A stretch of 64,000 nucleotides of DNA from a virus. The DNA is taken from positions 1 to 64,000 of the IMG/VR virus record IMGVR_UViG_3300031576_000009; one strand, 5' to 3'. The translations under genes were made by a program, and so were the position numbers. The notes under the pieces were generated by a model. That model searched no databases and was not told where the DNA came from. It was given only the letters and a program-made list of their open reading frames with translations. Below, one piece after another: positions 37,846-45,347 of the stretch (positions are counted from its first letter, which is position 1; every line of letters begins with the position of its first letter).

Positions 37846-38267
37846 GATCCACCACCTCGACGATCACGCTCGTGTCGCTCTCGATCTGCTTTCTGCAAAT
37901 TCTCCAGGCGATCCACGAAACGCTCCATGCCCAACTGGGTCCGATTGTGAAAGTCGCGATCCTGCTCTTCGTGCATCGTCTGTCGAGTTTCCTGCTTGAT
38001 CATCCGACCATTCAGTTTCGCCATCTCGGTCTGTACTTCACCAATCTTCATCTCGATGCCGGACAGATCGCGACGGTGATCGGCACGAAAGAGATCGAAC
38101 TCCTGCTTGTTCTCCTTGCGGAGCTCCAAGATCGATCCCTGCATCGCTGACTGGCTATGATCGATCTTCGAACGCAGCTGTCGCGCCATGCGCAGCATGC
38201 CGACGAAGCCCGTCGTCATGAAGAACAAGATCAGCCCACTTAGGACTTCGCCCCAGTTGATCGACAT
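37842..38267 (-). CDS. membrane-anchored coiled-coil protein
   Basis: N-terminal TM (WGEVLSGLILFFMTTGFVGML) followed by a coiled coil; GGAG RBS. Confidence 0.7.
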   Translation of the reverse strand: MSINWGEVLSGLILFFMTTGFVGMLRMARQLRSKIDHSQSAMQGSILELRKENKQEFDLFRADHRRDLSGIEMKIGEVQTEMAKLNGRMIKQETRQTMHEEQDRDFHNRTQLGMERFVDRLENLQKADRERHERDRRGGGS

Positions 38268-38548
38268 GCGTTCTCCATACGCTTGATCGCCCGAGCTAGA
38301 TGGCAGAACTGTGAACGATTGAACTGTCGGTTTTGCAGAATCTCCTGCCGGTTCCTCTGTGACTGTTTGGCGAGCTCCTCCGGCGGATAGGTAACCCGCA
38401 GTCCCGTAAGCGTCGCAACAATAATCAACACGGAGGCGCACGCGATGACGATGATGGTCCAGATCACCACCCGCTCGCCGGTCAGCGGGCGCCAACGTCG
38501 CGCTACCCCTGGCTCTGCCAACGATGCGCTTCCAGGCTCTTCTTCCAT
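38240..38548 (-). CDS. single-TM membrane protein (start uncertain)
   Basis: VVIWTIIVIACASVLIIVATLTGL then a helical domain. Confidence 0.55.
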   Translation of the reverse strand: MEEEPGSASLAEPGVARRWRPLTGERVVIWTIIVIACASVLIIVATLTGLRVTYPPEELAKQSQRNRQEILQNRQFNRSQFCHLARAIKRMENACRSTGAKS

Positions 38549-39336
38549 GCCTCGAATCCCGGTGGGAGGTCGATGTCGATCGGAAAGCGCTGGCCGCTGA
38601 TCTCCATGTGCCAGCAGAACATCCGCGTATCGACGAGGAAGGGGAACCGCTTCGTGACGAGCGACTTCCATCGCGTCTTGGCCAATGCCTTCGACTCGAT
38701 GACTCTGGTACAGAAGTTCAGGTCCTCGGTGCCGACCTGCCGTGCCCACATTCCCGTCTCGGGATCACAGAACGTGGCCCGCGGCGTGATGAACACCTGA
38801 CGGACCTCGCTGCGATCGGACAGGCGAATCTTCGACGCCTTCTTCGCCATCGCTATCAGGAGCTCGCGATGAATCATGGTGAAGCCCATGCCCATTCCAT
38901 CGCACCACACCTGGTCACCGAGCTTGAAGTCCCGGAACGCCCCGTTGCCGCGCCCGCGGTAGATGAGCGGCTCCGCCGGGTAGCTCTTGGTGTAGTACAG
39001 ACCGGCGATGATCGGCGTGGGAGGCTTCCGCATGAACTCGTCCGCCCAGATGAACGTGTTCGGAGGACAGAGCACGTCGTGATCGAGGAAGAAGAGCCAC
39101 TCCCGTCCGTTCTGCAGGAAGGTACGCACCAGCAGATTGCGCGCCTCGGCGACGCTGTAGCCCAGCGTCGAGGAAGTCAGCTGGGCCGTGTGCGTCGACT
39201 CCCAGTTGGTCGGGATAATGATGCCCGAGTTGGCCAGATGCCACTCGTACCGAATGACGCCCGTCGTCGGGATGCAGAGATGCACCCGTGGCCGATGCGG
39301 CGTCTTGTTCACCTTCAGGTCGAGTACTTTTCCCAT
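38503..39336 (-). CDS. GT-A fold (GT2-like) glycosyltransferase
   Basis: VAEARN...WLFFLDHD...GMGFTMIHR...GTEDLNFC. Confidence 0.85.
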   Translation of the reverse strand: MGKVLDLKVNKTPHRPRVHLCIPTTGVIRYEWHLANSGIIIPTNWESTHTAQLTSSTLGYSVAEARNLLVRTFLQNGREWLFFLDHDVLCPPNTFIWADEFMRKPPTPIIAGLYYTKSYPAEPLIYRGRGNGAFRDFKLGDQVWCDGMGMGFTMIHRELLIAMAKKASKIRLSDRSEVRQVFITPRATFCDPETGMWARQVGTEDLNFCTRVIESKALAKTRWKSLVTKRFPFLVDTRMFCWHMEISGQRFPIDIDLPPGFEAWKKSLEAHRWQSQG

Positions 39337-39364
39337 CGGTACCTCTACAGACGGAAGCCACTCA

Positions 39365-39751
39365 TCAGTAACCTCGCCGCTGAATGCGCTGTGCGACCCG
39401 GCGTTGAATGTCCCGACCGCGCGCCCGTGCGATGAGGCCCACGCGCCGCGTCCGCGCCTGAGCAACGACCGTTCGCGCGCCGCGCGCTGCGCTGGACATA
39501 CCGAACTTGAGCCCGCTCGTGATCGCCTTCGAGATGCCGAGTCGTGACGCTGCTGCGCCGCCGAGCACTCCTGCGCCCAGAACCCCAGCTGCAAGGAGGC
39601 CGTATCCGGCCACCCTCCCGGCCCGGCCGAGATCACGATATGTTGCTCCACTCTTCGTCCGCTTCGTCCCACGGCCACTGCCGCTCTTACCCTCGTTCAG
39701 CCGAGCGAACATGGCAGCGCGCTGCTGCGGAGACATACGAGTAACGGGCAT
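39365..39751 (-). CDS. basic protein with Gly-zipper TM segment, motif family (QQRAAMFARL)
   Basis: AGGAG RBS; GYGLLAAGVLGAGVLGGAAA. Confidence 0.75.
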   Translation of the reverse strand: MPVTRMSPQQRAAMFARLNEGKSGSGRGTKRTKSGATYRDLGRAGRVAGYGLLAAGVLGAGVLGGAAASRLGISKAITSGLKFGMSSAARGARTVVAQARTRRVGLIARARGRDIQRRVAQRIQRRGY

Positions 39752-39753
39752 GA

Positions 39754-40341
39754 TCAAATCTCCTGTGATCCCTTCTGCGCGATATTGACCTTACGTTTCA
39801 CGCCGACCTTGAGGAGCTTCTTCAAGAGCTCCGGCTCCTTCACGACACGCATGATGACTTCCATGTTGCCGACCACGTTCCATTCCAGCCGCTCCAGGAA
39901 GAGCGGCGGTGGCTCGTAAATGCGGTACAGGATGTTCGGCTGACCGTTCTGTGGGCGTGGATCGAAGTACTGCCAGGTGGCCTCGTTGAACCCCGGTCGC
40001 GTGTGCGTCGGGTCCTGGTAGGCACCGAACGAGCCTGCGTACGGTACCGAGATCAGCACCTGACAGCCATGCTTCCCGACCCGGTAGATTTCGGCCATGA
40101 CCGCGAGGAAGTTCCGCGGATCGATGTGCTCCAGGATATGGCTGGCGAGGATCGTGATGCAGCTGTCATTCGGGATCGGCCACGGCATCTTCTCCAAATC
40201 GTGGATGAAGTCCGCTTCGGGGATCGGACGCTTGTCCATCCCAACGTAGCCCTGCTGCTTCGCCCGACCACAGCCGATGTCGAGCTGGATGCCGCCCTTC
40301 TCATCGAGCAGCTTCTGCAGTTCGTCGTGTGCGACGGCCAT
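39754..40341 (-). CDS. class I SAM-dependent methyltransferase (type 11-like)
   Basis: LDIGCG...HDLE..PWP...SHILEH...EIYRV...DPTH. Confidence 0.88.
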   Translation of the reverse strand: MAVAHDELQKLLDEKGGIQLDIGCGRAKQQGYVGMDKRPIPEADFIHDLEKMPWPIPNDSCITILASHILEHIDPRNFLAVMAEIYRVGKHGCQVLISVPYAGSFGAYQDPTHTRPGFNEATWQYFDPRPQNGQPNILYRIYEPPPLFLERLEWNVVGNMEVIMRVVKEPELLKKLLKVGVKRKVNIAQKGSQEI

Positions 40342-41067
40342 TCACGTACTCCTCTGTCGACGACGATCCCGAATCCGCTGCCAGAAGGACAGCGTCGGTG
40401 ACGCCGTGATGTGGTACAGTCTGCGAATCTGGTGCGCCTGGCGCGTGGCAGGCAACGCAGTCGACGCGAGCGTGCCGGCCGCGAAGAGGATCGCACCCTT
40501 CCCGGAAACCTTTGGCTGCTCCTCGATGAGCCGCGGCTGACTCCGATGGTGCTGGAGCTTGATGCCGGTGTACGCCGTACCGACAGCTGCCGCCGCGAGC
40601 GGGACGACATGCCCGAGCAGAAAGCCCATGCGGGTGCTGGTCAGATTATTGCGCGACCATATCCGCTTCGGCGTGTAGATCGGAATCGAGTGGACGAGCG
40701 CGCGTTCACCTAGAAAGCTGCTGACGCCCAGCAGGGCTTGCCCCAAGAGCGCCTTCTTCTTCGTCCGCACGGTCTCGGAGGCCGGCTTCCCCCGGAACTT
40801 CTGAGCAAAAATTGTGCCAATTACCGGTGCGGCGGCGTAGGCGGCCACATACGGACCCCATGCCTTGGGGAACTTCCGCAGGGGGACGTGGGAGACACTC
40901 TCACGGATCGCAAAACCACCCGCCAGGAGGCTCCCAGAGCCCACCAGAGCCATTTGCACGCCGGGGGATAGCTTCCCCCACCGACGCTTCACGACACGGG
41001 CTCCTCTGCGGACCTGACGCAGCCGAGCGAACATCGCCCGCCGCTGGTCGTCCGGGATGAGCCTCAC
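40342..41067 (-). CDS. basic multi-TM protein, motif family (DDQRRAMFARL)
   Basis: several hydrophobic segments; GTGA overlap. Confidence 0.75.
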   Translation of the reverse strand: MRLIPDDQRRAMFARLRQVRRGARVVKRRWGKLSPGVQMALVGSGSLLAGGFAIRESVSHVPLRKFPKAWGPYVAAYAAAPVIGTIFAQKFRGKPASETVRTKKKALLGQALLGVSSFLGERALVHSIPIYTPKRIWSRNNLTSTRMGFLLGHVVPLAAAAVGTAYTGIKLQHHRSQPRLIEEQPKVSGKGAILFAAGTLASTALPATRQAHQIRRLYHITASPTLSFWQRIRDRRRQRST

Positions 41068-41549
41068 AGGCGGAGCCTCGCCCGGAAGAGCCGCTGGACC
41101 CGGCCACTCGACCCGATGAGCCCTCCGATGAGCTGCGGCCCGACCTTCTCGATCTTCTGACGCTCTGTGCGGCGCCCGAGGATTGTCCGGCGGATGAGGT
41201 AATCCCCAAGCACGTAGGCCGGAATCTCGACCGCGGCCGTACGCAGGATGTTTCCCGCGAGTACGCGCCCACGTACGCGTGTGCGAAAGAGCTTCGTCCC
41301 GCGGCCCACGGCCCGCGCGGAGGCGCGCACGCCGAAGCGGCCGAAGAACTTGGTCACCGGGCGTGCAGCGCCGAGCCTGCTAGTCAGGTAGCCACCCACG
41401 GCGAAGGCCGGAATCGCGATCGCGGTCTCGGTCACGTACGGATGGCGCTGATAGAACGAACGAGCGATTGCCTGACCTCGTGCGATGGGTCGAGCTCCAC
41501 GGAGCCGAGCGAAGATTGCACGACGCTGTTGTTCGTTCTGGAAGGTCAT
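41064..41549 (-). CDS. basic membrane-type protein, motif family (EQQRRAIFARL)
   Basis: ATGA overlap at 41549. Confidence 0.75.
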   Translation of the reverse strand: MTFQNEQQRRAIFARLRGARPIARGQAIARSFYQRHPYVTETAIAIPAFAVGGYLTSRLGAARPVTKFFGRFGVRASARAVGRGTKLFRTRVRGRVLAGNILRTAAVEIPAYVLGDYLIRRTILGRRTERQKIEKVGPQLIGGLIGSSGRVQRLFRARLRL

Positions 41550-42085
41550 GTGAGAAGCTTCAGTACAGGTTGGGTCTTCGCCATCCACACACGCATATTT
41601 CGCATGCGGGCCGCAGGCGTGTAGGTTGGTGCGAAGGTCCGCTTCAGCACCGATCTCATTTTCGCACTCGCTGACCACATCTTTGGGCGAACGCTTCGCG
41701 TGACAACACGAACGACGTTCCGAATACCTCCCGGCCCGAGAGCAGCGATCGGGAGTGAGGCAAGTCCGCCGACAACAAAACCAGCACTCTGCTGCATCGT
41801 CGACTTCGTGCTCTTTTGCTTATCGACATTGAATCTATTCACGCCGCTGAGCGCAAGTGCCGTACCGGTAAGGAATCGCGACATCGACATCCTGGACAAC
41901 ACGACTGGAGCACCGCCGCGCCGCCGCCGAGCGGACATCATGGCCCGCGCGTTCCCACGCACGAGTATTCCCGTACCGGCTCCATACATCACCCCAGCAC
42001 TGAAGCCCTTGCCGAAGGGGGTTGTCCCACGCAGCCGGGCGAACATGGCGCGGCGCTGTCGGTCATCTCGTCGTATGGTTCTCAT
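41546..42085 (-). CDS. basic protein with hydrophobic segments, motif family (DRQRRAMFARL)
   Basis: ATGA overlap. Confidence 0.75.
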   Translation of the reverse strand: MRTIRRDDRQRRAMFARLRGTTPFGKGFSAGVMYGAGTGILVRGNARAMMSARRRRGGAPVVLSRMSMSRFLTGTALALSGVNRFNVDKQKSTKSTMQQSAGFVVGGLASLPIAALGPGGIRNVVRVVTRSVRPKMWSASAKMRSVLKRTFAPTYTPAARMRNMRVWMAKTQPVLKLLT

Positions 42086-42303
42086 CCGCGGCTCGTGCCT
42101 GGATTGTGGAACTTGCGGACAGCACGGTTGATCATGGTGTAGGCGATGTCGCGTGGTTCAGCAGAACGTGCCATCCGTCGACGATGCTGCTTGCGTCGCT
42201 GCTTGTAGGCCTGCTTTTGCGCAGGGGTCATCGGCTGACGACGCCGTTGAGAAGCGATGGCTGGAGGGCGACGAGTCGTTGTGGCGGATGTGACCCGTCT
42301 CAT
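42082..42303 (-). CDS. protamine-like small basic protein
   Basis: GGAGGG RBS; KQRRKQHRRR tract. Confidence 0.65.
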   Translation of the reverse strand: MRRVTSATTTRRPPAIASQRRRQPMTPAQKQAYKQRRKQHRRRMARSAEPRDIAYTMINRAVRKFHNPGTSRG

Positions 42304-42337
42304 CGCTCACCGCCCTCCAGCCCTGTCCAACAGGACA

Positions 42338-42898
42338 TCACGATACCCGCAGCTCGTACGTGGCGTTGACGTTCTGATCCGAGGTCCACTGCGAAGTCGG
42401 GTACGTCGCAGCGCACAGCATGCTGCCACCCGACGAGGTGTTGAACGCGGCGATCGCGCCGATCGTCTTCGGACTGTCGGTTCCGAGATCGGCGCCGGCC
42501 CACGACGCGATCATCTGCAAGGTGCCCACCGAGGCGAGCAGCTTGCGGTTCGATCCAGTATCGGTCGTGTCGTTCAGGAGCTTGCGGCCCCCGAACTCTC
42601 CCTGCACAGAAGTATCAGCGGCGGCAGGGGCGGTCGTCTGCGTGGCGATCGCCAGGTGTGACACCGTCTTGTTGGCAGCGATGCCACCGATCGAGCGGAC
42701 GATATACACGTCCTTCCCGTGATTGGTGACCTGGTTCTTGCGATAGCCGGAGTCGCCGAGAATCTCGCCGTTGCGCGCATCCGTGAGCTGCACACGCATG
42801 AAGCCACGAATGCCGACGAGATCGACGTAACGGCCGGCACGACGGCGTGATCGCGATGCGGTGCGCCTGGATACGGGTTGCTTCTTGACACGAGCCAT
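42338..42898 (-). CDS. virion structural protein (tail-collar/fibre-attachment-like fold) with basic N-terminal extension
   Basis: NQVTNHG...AIAT.TTAPAAADT..GE...RK pattern typical of phage structural proteins. Confidence 0.65.
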   Translation of the reverse strand: MARVKKQPVSRRTASRSRRRAGRYVDLVGIRGFMRVQLTDARNGEILGDSGYRKNQVTNHGKDVYIVRSIGGIAANKTVSHLAIATQTTAPAAADTSVQGEFGGRKLLNDTTDTGSNRKLLASVGTLQMIASWAGADLGTDSPKTIGAIAAFNTSSGGSMLCAATYPTSQWTSDQNVNATYELRVS

Positions 42899-43095
42899 CA
42901 GCCACTCACCTTCTTCCCTGCAGGAGGAGTCGCTGGACTGAGCCCAATGGTCACGGCGTCAGTCACGGATGTGTAGTCATCGGCGGTCGGCTTCTCCTTA
43001 AGCCCAAGGGCTTCCAGGAGCCGATCGCGAACCTCCGCAGGGAGCGCATCCAGCGCTGCCTGATCCAGGACGAGTGCCTTCCCAGTTTTCGCCAT
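42898..43095 (-). CDS. hypothetical protein (65 aa)
   Basis: TGATG overlaps at both ends. Confidence 0.6.
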   Translation of the reverse strand: MAKTGKALVLDQAALDALPAEVRDRLLEALGLKEKPTADDYTSVTDAVTIGLSPATPPAGKKVSG

Positions 43096-43454
43096 CAGAT
43101 TCTCGGGAGGATGAAGATTTCGATGCGCGTGTCTCCATTGGGAAACGATGACTCCAGACCGGACGGATCGTTAGCGTAGAACACGGCGAGGTATTTGCCC
43201 GGATCGTCCGTGTTGGTGACCGCCCAGGCATAGACGAGTTGACCGCTGGTTCTCGGTAAGATGAAAGCGGCCGTCACCAGGGAGAGCGTCGACACCGTCT
43301 GGTCCTCTTTCCGCATGCTGAAGCGCGGATTCGTCCAGTCGGTGAAATTGAAGGGCAGCCCCGTGCTCTCCTTGATCACGGTCGCCACCAACACCGGGAG
43401 CCGATTGCCGGCGGTCAGAAAGGCCCGAGGAGTTCGTCCGCCGCTGATGGTCAT
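43095..43454 (-). CDS. BppU N-terminal-like beta-sandwich structural protein
   Basis: GNRLPVLVAT...PFNFT...GQLVYAW...DDPGKY.A.F...SFPN. Confidence 0.65.
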   Translation of the reverse strand: MTISGGRTPRAFLTAGNRLPVLVATVIKESTGLPFNFTDWTNPRFSMRKEDQTVSTLSLVTAAFILPRTSGQLVYAWAVTNTDDPGKYLAVFYANDPSGLESSFPNGDTRIEIFILPRI

Positions 43455-44539
43455 GCCGCGAGGATTTCCATCGGTTTGTCATGGTACATCACGCTCGGCA
43501 CGTCGTCGTACCAGATCACGTCCCCCAACACGTCTTGCCAGCTCACGTTCACGTGGACTTGGTCGTTCGGGATCGTACCGATCAGCATGGCAATTATATC
43601 AGCCAAACCGACGTTCTCAACCGCCTGGATGGTGAGGACCGGTACGAATATCTTCAGGTTGTTCAGCAGGTCCTGTACCGTCATCGTCTCGGCCTTGTTG
43701 ATCAGCAGCGGATTCAGGAAGAGCCGGGTGATCGCATCTTGTACCGAAACATTTTCCTGTAACCGGACGACGAGCGGGTTCACCAGGAGCTTGGTCACCA
43801 CATCGGTTGGCGTCACGCTCTCCTGCAGCGCGATGCGCAGGGGATCGATGAAGAGCTTCGTCACCACATCGGCGAAGCTGAGCGTGTCGCTGACCCGGAT
43901 CACGAGGCCGATCGAGATGATCAGGAAGTCGGCGACCGTGACCGACTCCGCTCGATTGATAATGAGTGGGTTGATGAGGACGCGGACGACCGCATCCTGG
44001 AACACGGGCGAATCGGAGACCGCGATCAGGAGCGGGCTCACGAAGAGCCTCGACACCACATCCGTCAGCGTCGCGGTATCGGAGACCCGAATGCGCAGCG
44101 GCTCGACGAAGAGCTTCAGGACCGCATCAGCGATCGCCGGAGTCTCATTCGCCCGCACGAGGAGCGGGTTGATGATCAGCTTGACGACGGCGTCCTGGAT
44201 ACCCTGGTTCTCGATCGCCTGGAGCAGGAGCGGGCTCTCGAAGATGCGCACCAGGACATCTGTGATCGTCGCGGTATCGTTCGAGCGAATGATGAGTGGG
44301 GTGATGACCTCCTTCACCAGCTGATCGGTGAGGGTGGGATTCTCCATGGCCTGGACGATCAACGGATTGATCACCACCTTCACCACCATGTCGCTCGTCG
44401 TGATGGTGTCGTTGGTGCTGATCCGCAGCGGCGAAGCGAAGAGCTTCACCAGCTGGTCCACAGCCGTCGCGTTCTCCGCGGCGTTGACTATCAACGCCGT
44501 GATGAGCTGCTGCGGAACGAAGAAGAGGAACCAGCTCAT
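43451..44539 (-). CDS. tandem-repeat protein (about 14 x 22-aa repeats), probable fibre/whisker
   Basis: PLx[IV]xxx[ED]xxxxxDx[VL]x[KR][LV][FI]xx repeated. Confidence 0.8.
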   Translation of the reverse strand: MSWFLFFVPQQLITALIVNAAENATAVDQLVKLFASPLRISTNDTITTSDMVVKVVINPLIVQAMENPTLTDQLVKEVITPLIIRSNDTATITDVLVRIFESPLLLQAIENQGIQDAVVKLIINPLLVRANETPAIADAVLKLFVEPLRIRVSDTATLTDVVSRLFVSPLLIAVSDSPVFQDAVVRVLINPLIINRAESVTVADFLIISIGLVIRVSDTLSFADVVTKLFIDPLRIALQESVTPTDVVTKLLVNPLVVRLQENVSVQDAITRLFLNPLLINKAETMTVQDLLNNLKIFVPVLTIQAVENVGLADIIAMLIGTIPNDQVHVNVSWQDVLGDVIWYDDVPSVMYHDKPMEILAA

Positions 44540-44940
44540 TGACTACCGGTTCTCTTCTTCAGCTTCTTCGTATCGAGATCGAAGATATAGGACGCCGGCA
44601 CAGTCTTCTTCTCCTTCGTCACGCGTGCGGCGATCTGATCGAACTGTCCCTGCAGCTCCTGTAGACGACGCTGGTTCGGCGTCTGGCACTCGACAATCCT
44701 TCGCTTGAGGAGCTCCGCCTCCAGGACGATATTGGTCAACTTCAACTGATCGACCTCAGAGAGGTCAATCTCCGCCGGCCCTGGCAGGGTGGTAGTTGTC
44801 GACGATACCGGGTCTGTTGTCGTACTCGCAATATTCGTCTTGACCGTTGTCATTGTGGTGGAAACTTCCGCCGATTCGCTCGGGCGTCCGCCACCCGATC
44901 CAAGAACCAGCAGCATCACAATCACTTGGTACTGTCTCAT
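44536..44940 (-). CDS. exported protein with Thr-rich linker and coiled coil
   Basis: hydrophobic N-terminus, STTTTLP, helical C-terminus. Confidence 0.65.
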   Translation of the reverse strand: MRQYQVIVMLLVLGSGGGRPSESAEVSTTMTTVKTNIASTTTDPVSSTTTTLPGPAEIDLSEVDQLKLTNIVLEAELLKRRIVECQTPNQRRLQELQGQFDQIAARVTKEKKTVPASYIFDLDTKKLKKRTGSQ

Positions 44941-45105
44941 TGTACCTCTTCCTTGTCTCTGTACTTGTACATCATGTTATCGAGTACGGCTTCGGTGGGG
45001 GTTAATGCTCGGCACCGCTCCCACCGTTGTTCACGCCCGTCGCCCGAGCCGCCGATGGTATTAATCCAGCAGCAGGGCGCAGAGGATGCCGCCCCAGACA
45101 CGGCC

Positions 45106-45336
45106 TCACGGCATGACTCCGACCTGCAGCTCCTCGGGCAGTGTGGTCGTGGTGGTGGTCGAGGTCGGCGGTGTCACCGCAGGCGGCAAGGAACACGCCC
45201 ACATCAGGCGTCGATCCGCCTGCACGTGCATGCACATCAGCACCTGCTGGGCGTGCCACGAGGTGAACATCGCGTAGGCGAGCCCCATGGTGGCGAGCAA
45301 CCCGATCGCTCCGAGTCCGACGTACATCCACTTCAC
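45106..45336 (-). CDS. small membrane protein with Thr tract
   Basis: N-terminal TM; PPTSTTTTTTLP. Confidence 0.65.
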   Translation of the reverse strand: MKWMYVGLGAIGLLATMGLAYAMFTSWHAQQVLMCMHVQADRRLMWACSLPPAVTPPTSTTTTTTLPEELQVGVMP

Positions 45337-45347
45337 TCTGATCTCCC

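Noticed and set aside
36995-37867. 290-aa extended version of the sigma ORF
   Set aside because: The extension overlaps the coupled gene 37651..37845; a start at 37654 or 37597 is more consistent.
43500-44500. 66-nt periodicity resembling a CRISPR or repeat array
   Set aside because: It is the degenerate 22-aa protein repeat; there are no invariant DNA repeats with spacers.
44937-45105. Possible ~54-aa ORF ending with ATGA at 44937
   Set aside because: The start and RBS are unclear and no motif is visible; left uncalled.
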